Source of the DNA: Calditrichia bacterium
GTDB taxonomy: Bacteria; Calditrichota; Calditrichia; RBG-13-44-9; J075
Direction of reading: 5' to 3'
DNA length: 36,354 nt
Assembly (NCBI GenBank): GCA_050633245.1
Contig: JBOEGD010000006.1
Span: 331 to 36,684, forward strand
Below the pieces are notes generated by a model that did no database searches, was not told where the DNA came from, and was given only the letters and a program-made list of their open reading frames with translations. The position numbers were made by a program, and so were the translations under genes. Shown piece by piece: positions 20,574 to 28,852 of this stretch; the stretch's first letter is position 1; every line of letters starts with the position of its first letter.

Positions 20574-20788
20574 GACTCCTCCTTTACACGTGTCTGCGAA
20601 ACTTGGATACTTCTCATAAGCTCTACTATGTAGATATCAGATATCGTGCCAACCTGGAAGAAGAGTGCATCGTTGATTCTAAAGCGACGAATAAAGACAT
20701 TTAGGCCACTTTTTGTCGAGATGCTTTACAAAAACAAAAGCAAAGCAGAACTAAAGGTGGGAAAAATTTTCTCAGTGTAAGGTGGGAT

Positions 20789-21553
20789 TCAGGAAAGAAT
20801 ATCTGCAATTGCCTGCATAAAGCCTTCAGGCTTCTCGGCGTGAACCCAATGGCCGGCTCCCTCAACGGTACGAAAATCTGCGGCGGGAAAGTGTTCTAAA
20901 ATAGCAGAGTGGTCAGCAGGAGTGATATAGTTCGATTTGCTTCCATTTATAAACCGGGCAGATCCGGGGAATTGCGTTAAAACAAGAGGAGCTGCGGTAA
21001 GTGCGTTCAGGTTTTCAGTGAGAACCGGGAGATTCATTTTCCAGGCAAATCCATTCTCTTCCGTACGGCGAACATTTTTTAAAAGGAAACCACGCAGTCC
21101 GGCATCTGGCAACTTGGCAGAGAGTGCGGTATCAATCTCACCGCGACTTTGAAAGTCACCGAGTTCAAGACTTGATAATGCTGTAAAGATAGTGTCAAAT
21201 GCGCCTGAAGGATATTGCTTGGGAGCAATGTCTAAAGAGATCAACTGTTTTACCGCGGATGGATACTTCATAGCGAAGGTCATAGCGGTTTTACCGCCCA
21301 TGGAGTGCCCAATTAGCGTTAATCGCTCTAACTGCAATTTTTGAACATAAGCATAGAGATCATCTGCCATTAACTCATAGCTCATCTCGGTACTATGTGG
21401 AGAACGACCATGATTACGCTGGTCAATAAGATGAACCTGAAACGTTTCAGCCATTCGTTTGCCGAGGGTAAACCAATTATCGGAAGATCCCAACAGGCCG
21501 TGCAGAATGGCAATCGGTTCTCCAGACCCTATAGATTTAGCAAACAATTCCAC
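20789..21553 (-). CDS. Alpha/beta hydrolase, YbfF-like esterase
   Basis: LHGLLGSSDNW, DQRNHGRS, GHSMGG, GHWVHAEKP. Confidence 0.9.
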   Translation of the reverse strand: MELFAKSIGSGEPIAILHGLLGSSDNWFTLGKRMAETFQVHLIDQRNHGRSPHSTEMSYELMADDLYAYVQKLQLERLTLIGHSMGGKTAMTFAMKYPSAVKQLISLDIAPKQYPSGAFDTIFTALSSLELGDFQSRGEIDTALSAKLPDAGLRGFLLKNVRRTEENGFAWKMNLPVLTENLNALTAAPLVLTQFPGSARFINGSKSNYITPADHSAILEHFPAADFRTVEGAGHWVHAEKPEGFMQAIADILS

Positions 21554-21555
21554 GC

Positions 21556-21948
21556 TTACATGCCTATGCTCTGTAAAACGCCGGGTACCGGCAATCTATC
21601 TTCGTAGGAGCCCCCGATCGGGTAATAGTATGCGACTCGATCTTCATCTGAACGCCAGCAAAGCACTATGGATTCACCATTTATTTCAGAGGGATATTCC
21701 ACTAAAGCCACATCGGCATTATGCTCACGGTAGGCGCAGCCTAAATCTGCAAGCTCATCTTTAAACTGATCGATCCAGCTTTTTTCCTGTCGATAGTCTG
21801 GTTCCAGCGGCGCATATTCACCATGCTCCTGCAGCAAAAGCTGTAATTGGCGTTCACTTTTCAATATATCCTCAACAATACGTCGCACTAATGGCAGCGT
21901 ACGAGTTGCACTTTCAGCAGTAAATTGAATATCTATTTCGTAACTCAT
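21556..21948 (-). CDS. DUF2203 family protein
   Basis: FTAESATRTLPLVRRIV...LVEYP...LCWRSDE...Y pattern; start MSYEI (21948) with GAAAGGAG RBS. Confidence 0.8.
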   Translation of the reverse strand: MSYEIDIQFTAESATRTLPLVRRIVEDILKSERQLQLLLQEHGEYAPLEPDYRQEKSWIDQFKDELADLGCAYREHNADVALVEYPSEINGESIVLCWRSDEDRVAYYYPIGGSYEDRLPVPGVLQSIGM

Positions 21949-21967
21949 ATTGCTCCTTTCGTTTTGG

Positions 21968-21996
21968 AAGATGTGAAGGAGTTTTTTCGTAGTCAA
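21968..21996 (-). promoter_or_regulatory. Candidate sigma70 promoter of the DUF2203-esterase operon
   Basis: TTGACT-N17-CATCTT on the minus strand, just upstream of the RBS. Confidence 0.45.
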
Positions 21997-22022
21997 GAAG
22001 AAGTTTAATTGCACAAAAAAAA

Positions 22023-22083
22023 GGAGGTATCTCTACATAGACCTCACGTAATGTGAGAGCGCCCCTGGTGTAGAAATACCTCC
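22023..22083 (-). ncRNA. Structured repeat unit 1 (putative ncRNA), followed by U8
   Basis: 15-bp outer stem, inner stem CUCAC/GUGAG, invariant CAGGGGCGCUCU; A8 at 22015-22022. Confidence 0.65.
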
Positions 22084-22136
22084 CTAAAGCTGTCTTTAAT
22101 ATCGGCAAAAATGGTGAGAGATTTAGGGCGAATTAC

Positions 22137-22199
22137 GGAGTCGTTCTCGCCTATTGTCCTGCGTTACCGCAAGAGCGCCCCTGTGGCGAGAACGACTCC
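22137..22199 (-). ncRNA. Structured repeat unit 2 (putative ncRNA)
   Basis: Perfect 15-bp outer stem GGAGTCGTTCTCGCC/GGCGAGAACGACTCC; same core. Confidence 0.65.
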
Positions 22200-22230
22200 T
22201 TCAAAAAAAGCAATAGTGGTACTTAAATAC

Positions 22231-22293
22231 GGAGGTGTTCCCGCTTATTGTCCTGCGTTATCGCAAGAGCGCCCCTGTAGCAGGAACACCTCC
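22231..22293 (-). ncRNA. Structured repeat unit 3 (putative ncRNA)
   Basis: 15-bp outer stem with one G-U pair on the minus strand; same core. Confidence 0.65.
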
Positions 22294-22364
22294 TATTCAA
22301 AAATTAAGTATGCGCTAAATTCTGTTTGAGACCTGGCAAGCAAAAATCAGTTTTAAAAAATTAA

Positions 22365-22427
22365 GAAGGCGCCTTCGCTAAAAACCCTGCGTTACCGCAA
22401 GAGCGCCCCTGTAGCAAAGACGCCTTC
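22365..22427 (-). ncRNA. Structured repeat unit 4 (putative ncRNA)
   Basis: 16-bp outer stem with two G-U pairs on the minus strand; same core. Confidence 0.65.
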
Positions 22428-22483
22428 ATTATTATATCAAAATTGAGTTGATTTTCATTTATGAGATGTGTTGTAAAATTGTC

Positions 22484-22545
22484 GGAGGCACCTTCACTAA
22501 AACCCTGCGTTTTCGCAAGAGCGCCCCTGTAGTGAAGGTCCCCCC
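22484..22545 (-). ncRNA. Structured repeat unit 5 (putative ncRNA)
   Basis: 16-bp outer stem (one G-U pair, one mismatch); same core. Confidence 0.65.
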
Positions 22546-22613
22546 GAACTTAACATATCGCTGAAAATTGTATGTATGAGATCTTAATTCTTTACATTCC
22601 GGAGACAAAAAAT

Positions 22614-22676
22614 AGAGGCGCCTTCGCTAAAAACCCTGCGTTACCGCAAGAGCGCCCCTGTAGCAAAGACGCCTCT
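22614..22676 (-). ncRNA. Structured repeat unit 6 (putative ncRNA)
   Basis: Inner 59 nt identical to unit 4, outer 2 bp changed compensatorily; begins 8 nt after the aquaporin stop codon. Confidence 0.65.
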
Positions 22677-22684
22677 GTATATTT

Positions 22685-23305
22685 TTATACTTCGTCTGGA
22701 TTAAACACTTTAAATAAAATGGCCGCAAGTGCTCCACCCAATAACGGACCGATAATGTAGACCCACACACCACTAATCGATGAGCCGCCCTGCGTCAGAT
22801 CGAAAAGAGATGGGCCAAAAGCCACCGCCGGGTTAATTGCACATCCGGAAATATTACCAATCGCATACGCTGAAGCCGTTATTGTGAGTCCAATGGCAAG
22901 GCCATAAATATAGTTGCCTTCAAGTGCCTTCGTAGTCGCAGTATTTAAGACGACAGAAGCAAGAACAAATGTAAAGAGAATCTCTGCGACCAAAACCTTA
23001 GCGACTCCTACACCAGCTCCTGCAGCAACGGTAAATCCTTTTCCTTGAAACCAGTACGCGAGAACAGCGGCGGCAAACGCTCCGGCAACCTGTGATATCA
23101 TGTAGCCAGGCACATCCTTGGAATCCATTTTCCCTCGCATTAAGACAGCTAGCGTCACAGCGGGATTAAAATGCCCCCCGGATACATGGCCACCCACGTA
23201 AACCATAAGCATAAGCATTACACCAATAGCCAACGGATTTCCTGATAATGCGATGACAAGAACGAAGAACAACGTTCCGACAAACTCCATTAGGTAATTT
23301 TTCAT
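22685..23305 (-). CDS. Aquaporin / MIP family channel
   Basis: SGGHFNPAVT and AINPA motifs, multiple hydrophobic helices. Confidence 0.95.
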   Translation of the reverse strand: MKNYLMEFVGTLFFVLVIALSGNPLAIGVMLMLMVYVGGHVSGGHFNPAVTLAVLMRGKMDSKDVPGYMISQVAGAFAAAVLAYWFQGKGFTVAAGAGVGVAKVLVAEILFTFVLASVVLNTATTKALEGNYIYGLAIGLTITASAYAIGNISGCAINPAVAFGPSLFDLTQGGSSISGVWVYIIGPLLGGALAAILFKVFNPDEV

Positions 23306-23840
23306 CTCTTCTCCTGCTAGTAATTAAACAGCATTCAATTAACCCTGTCCTTCTCCTGTCATGTTTTAAGACTTGTAACGCATAAGAAAGTCACACAAAA
23401 GTTAAAAGCGATCCTAAATTCTATAAAAACAGCAACATTCAACACACTGTTTTTAAAGTTAGTAAAAATAATGAAGAATGGAATTTTGAATTTTGGTGTT
23501 ATTTGAACAATGTTTAGCAGAAGATAATAAATCATTTACAAATTTACAAAAGCAGTTAGCGTATTTTTATAGCTATTTTCGCATATATTATCACAACAAG
23601 ATTCTTTGCTCTTATCTATATCAAAATTAACTTCTGTATTATACAGAGTGGGATAAAATTACAGAGCCATCTGAAGGTGATCTGTCGCCCTTGTTTCGGA
23701 TGCTGTAGATGTGAAAACATGGTCCAATAATTCACTTACAGAATAGTTGCCAAAACGACTGCTTACGCTGTAACACGTCTGTTATCATTTTGAAACACAA
23801 GGAAAACAATTAACGGCAAAACTAACCATAGAGGAATACT

Positions 23841-25517
23841 ATGAAGTTTGGATTAATTTACTTTATCCTGCTCTCAGGAAGCGTCTGTGCAGATGAAATA
23901 GCTCGTGGAACCGTCTTTGAAGACCTAAACGGCAATGCGCGTTACGATGCAGGAGAACCCGGAGTAAAAGATGTTCGGGTATCAGATGGCAAGCAGGTTG
24001 TTCTAACTGACGCAAAGGGTCAGTATAATCTCTCGATCGCAAATGAAACCGTTCTGTTTATTGTCAAGCCCTCTGGCTATGCTGTGCCGACAAATGGATA
24101 TCGTCTGCCACAGTTCTACTACATTCACCAACCGGACGGATCACCGGAAGGTTTACGCTATAAGGGAATTGCGCCTACCGGAGACCTGCCAAAGCAGATT
24201 AACTTTCCCTTAAAAAAAGTAGTTGAGCCAACCTCGTTTGAGGCGATTCTTTTTACAGACCCACAACCAATGACCGGAGCAGAGGTCGATTATATCAGGG
24301 ATGATGTCGTTTCTGAGCTGATTGGCACCACAGCCAAATTTGGTATGACGCTGGGCGATATACTTTATGATGACCTCGCGCTATTCCCCCGCTATCTCAG
24401 TATCGTTTCGCAGATCGATATTCCCTGGTATAATGTGCCGGGCAATCACGAGATGAATTACGACGCACCAAGCGATAAGTATTCGCTGGAAACGTTCAAG
24501 CGATACTTTGGCCCTCCGTATTACGCCTTCGAGTATGCAAACAGCTATGTCATTGTTTTGGACAATATTGAATATAGCGGCACAAAGACAGATAACCCAC
24601 TCGACGTGCGGGATGAAGGAAGTTATATTGCGCGCTTTACCGAGCCGCAATTAGAGTGGTTGAAAAATGACCTGCAGTATGTATCGAATGACAAGCTGAT
24701 TCTCGTAACCATGCATGCTCCGTTAACTTCCTACACTGGCGATTCAAAAAGCACCAGCGTCTACACCGGCAATCGCCGTGAGTTGCTACAGCTGCTTTCC
24801 GGTCGCAAGCATCTTTATGCCGTAGCAGGCCACACGCATACTACCGAGCATCATTATTATGGTAAAGAAGAAGGCTTTGATGGACCGGGAAAATTCCATC
24901 ATCATATTCTTTCTACCGTTTCGGGCAGCTGGTGGAGCGGTCCACTCGATGAGCGCGGCATACCTGTAAGCGTGCAGCGAGACGGAACACCAAATGGCTA
25001 TCATATTCTGGAAGTAAGTGACACTGACGTGAAAATGCGCTACAAGGCTGCTGGTAAAGCTGCTGATTATCAGATGCATATTTTCTTTGATGTTGCCTAT
25101 CATCGCTATGAGGCGGAAGGACTCCGCGACTATCGGCCGGGTGCTCATCTTGATGGTCGCATGTCGATTGACGAAGCACGCGCTGCACAAATTGTGGTTA
25201 ACTTATTTGATGGAGGGCCTAAATCCAGCATTGAATTTTCGCTAAACGACAGTTCCCCTATCAAGATGACTAAAAGTTTTCGGCCAGACCCAATGCACCG
25301 TGAACTCTTTTTGCGCAATAAGGGTATGAGTAAGCCCTGGGCGAAAAGCGTTCCTTCATCACACATTTGGATTGCCGACCTGCCTAGAGACATTTCCGTT
25401 GGCACACACACCATCACCGTAAAAGCGACAGATGAGTTTGGCCGTAAGCATCACGCACATGCAATCCTTGAAATTAGCGGGAGTAGTGGGAATGATGCAG
25501 GTGAGCGAGGTTGGTAG
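23841..25517 (+). CDS. Secreted calcineurin-like metallophosphoesterase
   Basis: Signal peptide; GTVFEDLNGN N-domain; TDPQ, LGD, PGNHE, GHTH, WWSG and DGTPNGY motifs. Confidence 0.9.
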   Translation: MKFGLIYFILLSGSVCADEIARGTVFEDLNGNARYDAGEPGVKDVRVSDGKQVVLTDAKGQYNLSIANETVLFIVKPSGYAVPTNGYRLPQFYYIHQPDGSPEGLRYKGIAPTGDLPKQINFPLKKVVEPTSFEAILFTDPQPMTGAEVDYIRDDVVSELIGTTAKFGMTLGDILYDDLALFPRYLSIVSQIDIPWYNVPGNHEMNYDAPSDKYSLETFKRYFGPPYYAFEYANSYVIVLDNIEYSGTKTDNPLDVRDEGSYIARFTEPQLEWLKNDLQYVSNDKLILVTMHAPLTSYTGDSKSTSVYTGNRRELLQLLSGRKHLYAVAGHTHTTEHHYYGKEEGFDGPGKFHHHILSTVSGSWWSGPLDERGIPVSVQRDGTPNGYHILEVSDTDVKMRYKAAGKAADYQMHIFFDVAYHRYEAEGLRDYRPGAHLDGRMSIDEARAAQIVVNLFDGGPKSSIEFSLNDSSPIKMTKSFRPDPMHRELFLRNKGMSKPWAKSVPSSHIWIADLPRDISVGTHTITVKATDEFGRKHHAHAILEISGSSGNDAGERGW

Positions 25518-25528
25518 ATTGTGGAGGA

Positions 25529-25712
25529 ACGGGCAGAAACGGTGAGAAGAGAAAGGCAGAAATGGGCAGAAAGGAAAGGCAGAAACGGTGAGAAAGGAAT
25601 GGCAGAAAAGAAAGCCAGAAAAGAAGGGAAGAAAAGAAGGGAAGAAAGGAAAGCCAGAAACGGTGAGAAAGGAATGGCAGAAAAGAAAGCCAGAAAAGGA
25701 AAAAAGAATAAG
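25529..25712 (+). repeat. Purine-rich low-complexity repeat (GGCAGAAA / GGTGAGAA units), left flank of the four-helix-bundle gene
   Basis: Repeated ggcagaaa(t/c), acggtgagaa and aagccagaaa; internal ~40-nt duplication. Confidence 0.85.
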
Positions 25713-25802
25713 GAATTCAGAGACAGTGATTCAGAAAAGATTCTCATCGCGCTGATAGGCAAGCTAGAAGAGAACTGTTGTTTCGATAGCGAGCAAGAGA
25801 TT

Positions 25803-26177
25803 TCAGCCTCTGGTTGAATTCATTAATCGCGTTAGCATCATAAACGATCGATACAATCGAGTTCTTATTTCGCCATCAAGTTCTGAATCGATAAACCCTG
25901 CTCTGCGAGATATTTCGAGCTGGGTATCCAATTCCACCAAAGACGAGCGCGATATTTCGAAGAACCGCCTCCTTTCCTTACTTGATTTGCGCGAGGCTCC
26001 CTCTGAAATATTTGACACCACAGATGTGCAGGTTTTACGAAGATGGGCTGCAAGACCATAAGTCTCTCGTTTTGGAAAGCTTACAGTTAAGACAAAAATA
26101 AATTCAGTTAAATCCATAGCCTCTTCCCAAACCTTTAGGTTCTTATGTCCCAACCGTAGATACAATGTATTCTCCAA
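25803..26177 (-). CDS. Four-helix-bundle protein (23S rRNA IVP / bAvd-like family)
   Basis: HKNLKVWEEAM...FPKRETYGL...SVVSNISEGASR...FFEISRSSLVELDTQL. Confidence 0.9.
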   Translation of the reverse strand: MENTLYLRLGHKNLKVWEEAMDLTEFIFVLTVSFPKRETYGLAAHLRKTCTSVVSNISEGASRKSSKERRRFFEISRSSLVELDTQLEISRRAGFIDSELDGEIRTRLYRSFMMLTRLMNSTRG

Positions 26178-26273
26178 TTAACTCATCTACAATTTATTAT
26201 AAAAACATAAACTTTTTTTGAAAACTTTATGTCTAATCCCTTTGTCCGGTTTCCATAGTCAATGCTTCTCACA

Positions 26274-26378
26274 TTCTCTTCTCACCTTTTTTCTGACCAT
26301 TTCTCACCATTTCTCACCTTCGTCTCTGCCCATTTCTGCCCATTTTTCTGACCATTTCTCACCTTCGTTTCTGACCTT
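26274..26378 (-). repeat. Pyrimidine-rich low-complexity repeat (CCATTTCTCA / CCATTTCTGC units), inverted counterpart of 25529-25712
   Basis: Reverse complement gives ggtgagaaat, ggcagaaatgggcaga and ggtgagaagagaa, also present in the left flank. Confidence 0.8.
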
Positions 26379-26485
26379 GTCCGCTGCACGCCGCACCGCC
26401 TGAATTATTTTAAACATATTTGGGAGTTTCTCCGTAATATGATCCATCGCGTGGATAAACAACGATCACCAACCTGGAGAATATT

Positions 26486-27241
26486 ATGTCGACGAGGTTA
26501 CGTTTTGTTATCCATTTTTTGTTTGTCACGGCCATCTTACCGGTAACAATGGGCTTTGCTCAACAATGGTCCTGGCCGGATAGCCTGCAAAACATGCAGG
26601 TGCTGCCATCCGACTGGACGGGCAAGCGACTCAGTCCGGTCATGCGTGGGTTTACTCGCGCACTGGGGGTTCGCTGCTCTCATTGCCATGTAGGCGAGGA
26701 GGGTAGGCCATTGACTACATACGATTTCGTTTCGGACGAAAATCCGAACAAAGACCGTGCACGAGAAATGCTTCGAATGTTAGGAGACATCAATGATCAT
26801 CTTAAGAAGATTGAGCCCAGTGGCGTGGAGCGTGTAAATATGTGGTGCCATACCTGTCACAACGGCAAGCCAAGACCGATAACCCTGGAAGATCAGCTCA
26901 AAGAAACTTATGGAATTGCCGGCATCGACTCCACAATTTCTCTTTATCATGCACTGCGCAAACGGCATTATGGGCGAGGGCGTTACGATTTTGGCGAAAG
27001 AACGCTAAATGTCTTTGGCTACAACCTGCTGGCGCAGAATGACACCAGCGCCGCAGTAAAAACCTTTGCCCTAAACGTAGAGATCTATCCGGAATCTGCG
27101 AATACCTGGGACAGCCTGGCAGAGGGCAATATGCTGGTCGGGAATAAAGAAAAAGCAATTGAATATTACAGAAAATCACTTGAACTAAACCCGGACAATG
27201 ACAATGCTAAAAAGATGTTGGAAGAACTTAAGAAACAATAA
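26486..27241 (+). CDS. Secreted diheme c-type cytochrome with C-terminal TPR
   Basis: Signal peptide; CSHCH and CHTCH heme motifs in a PufC-like context (RALGVRC); C-terminal TPR (ANTWDSLAE...YYRKSLELNP). Confidence 0.85.
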   Translation: MSTRLRFVIHFLFVTAILPVTMGFAQQWSWPDSLQNMQVLPSDWTGKRLSPVMRGFTRALGVRCSHCHVGEEGRPLTTYDFVSDENPNKDRAREMLRMLGDINDHLKKIEPSGVERVNMWCHTCHNGKPRPITLEDQLKETYGIAGIDSTISLYHALRKRHYGRGRYDFGERTLNVFGYNLLAQNDTSAAVKTFALNVEIYPESANTWDSLAEGNMLVGNKEKAIEYYRKSLELNPDNDNAKKMLEELKKQ

Positions 27242-27246
27242 TATTT

Positions 27247-28125
27247 ATGTGGAGAAGCGTTGTGTCCTCATTCAATACTAAAACAATTCAAGCCACTGAT
27301 GGCTACCCACTTGCTGCGAGATTTTACACACCCACCGGAACGGCAAAGGCAGCCATTTTTATCGCCTCTGCAATGGGAGTAAAACAGCGCTACTACGAGA
27401 GCTTCGCCGAGTGGTTGGCAACTCAGGGGTATATGGTTCAAACTTTCGACTATCGTGGCATTGGCGACAGCCTGAACGGTAAGCTAAAAGATGTTGAAGC
27501 AAATATTGTGGATTGGGCCGAGAAAGACTGTAGTGCCGTGCTTAAAGAGCTGACGCAGCAGGCGAAAGGCATTCCAATTTACTGGATTGGTCATAGTTTG
27601 GGAGGGCAGCTTTTTCCTCTTATCTCGAACGCGGACCAAATTTCCAAAATGATAACAGTAGCTGCAGGAAGTGGCTACTGGCGTGAGAATGCCCCTTCGC
27701 TTCGCCGAACGGTTTGGTGGCTCTGGTATGTGATGGCCCCACTATCGATTAAGCTCTTTGGTTATTTTCCGGGACGACGTTTGCGCAAGGTGGGTGATTT
27801 ACCAGCCGGGGTCATGAATCAGTGGCGTAGCTGGTGCTTAAACAGTGAATATGCACCGGGTGTGGAGGGCGAACCGGTGCGTTCCAAGTTTGAGGCAGTT
27901 CACATTCCCATCACCTCATTGTCATTCAGCGATGACCAATATATGTCCAAGCGTAATGTTGAATCGCTGCATGGTTTTTACAAAAACGCCGCGGTAAGAA
28001 TGAAGCGCATCGCACCTCAGGAAATCGACGTAAAATCTGTCGGTCACTTTGGTTTTTTTAAAGATCGTTTTAAAGATTCTCTGTGGGAAGATTTTTTGCT
28101 GCCAGAGCTATCGCTGGAGTCTTAA
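27247..28125 (+). CDS. Alpha/beta hydrolase
   Basis: ATDGYPL, FDYRGIG, GHSLGG nucleophile elbow, GHFGFF. Confidence 0.88.
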   Translation: MWRSVVSSFNTKTIQATDGYPLAARFYTPTGTAKAAIFIASAMGVKQRYYESFAEWLATQGYMVQTFDYRGIGDSLNGKLKDVEANIVDWAEKDCSAVLKELTQQAKGIPIYWIGHSLGGQLFPLISNADQISKMITVAAGSGYWRENAPSLRRTVWWLWYVMAPLSIKLFGYFPGRRLRKVGDLPAGVMNQWRSWCLNSEYAPGVEGEPVRSKFEAVHIPITSLSFSDDQYMSKRNVESLHGFYKNAAVRMKRIAPQEIDVKSVGHFGFFKDRFKDSLWEDFLLPELSLES

Positions 28126-28136
28126 GACAGACAGAG

Positions 28137-28691
28137 TTATTGGCGAGTTTTTTCGATGAGGTATTTCAGAACTCGCCCGATATTTTCCGCATCATCATGT
28201 CCGCGATGCTGAGTTCCTTCAAAGCGCATTCCCAGGGAGGACATCAGTGCACCGAGTCCAGACTCTGATTTTCGCCCAAGAAGAATCGCTGCCAGCGTCT
28301 TCACATTTAGATGACCCTGTCCAAATGGATACGTCACATTTAGGGCCTCACAACTTTTCATCATCATAGTACGGTCGTAATCGCCATAGCTTGCCCACAA
28401 TCGTTTCTTCCTCTTATACTCTTTGGCGAGCACATCACAGGCTTGCTGAAGAGACATAGCAGCTTCTACCATATCCGGTGTGATGGTCGTGAGTTCAGTG
28501 CAAAATGGACTCACTTGCGAACGCGTTGGTCTAACTAATAAACTGCGTTTTCCGGTGAGTTCAAGCGAGGTGGAATCTAACAGAATCAAGCCGATCTCAA
28601 TAATATCGGAGATCTGCCCTGTTGGTGGTTAGCCCTTCCAGCAGGTAGCCTCCAAATCTATAATTACAATTTTGTCCGTTAATTTTGCCAT
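28137..28691 (-). pseudogene. DEDDh 3'-5' exonuclease (ERI-1/KapD-like) with in-frame TAA at codon 21
   Basis: ATG at 28691 with GAAGGA RBS gives MAKLTDKIVIIDLEATCWKG*PPTGQISDIIEIGLILL..., in frame with ORF 28137..28589; ExoI DLE motif lies before the stop (28629-28631), HRGHDDA ExoIII motif near the end. Confidence 0.8.
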
Positions 28692-28852
28692 AATTTTCCT
28701 TCGTATATGTTTTAAACAGAGAGGTAATTTCTGGCATTTCTTCTTATAGTAGTCCGAAACAACCGCTCTTTCACTGTCATTTGACATGCGTATTTAGTAT
28801 TATCCTTTAGTGCTCAAACGACTCCAAATCTATTTCCCTGGTGGTGAACCAC

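Noticed and set aside
22023-22676. CRISPR array, integron attC sites or TIGR array interpretation of the six repeats
   Set aside because: The period is irregular (94-134 nt), the variable flanks pair with each other within each unit, there are no RYYYAAC/GTTRRRY ends, and no cas, integrase or Nop-domain gene is in the window.
22111-22760. Short ORFs 22111..22329 and 22572..22760
   Set aside because: They are translations of the repeat units; reading frame is not kept across copies and there is no family similarity.
25451-26403. ORFs 25521..25817 (K/E/R-rich), 25451..25762 and 26218..26403
   Set aside because: By-products of purine- or pyrimidine-rich low-complexity repeats that lack stop codons.
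28629-28631. Stop-codon readthrough or an alternative genetic code
   Set aside because: TAA terminates many genes in this window, and no other internal stops were seen.
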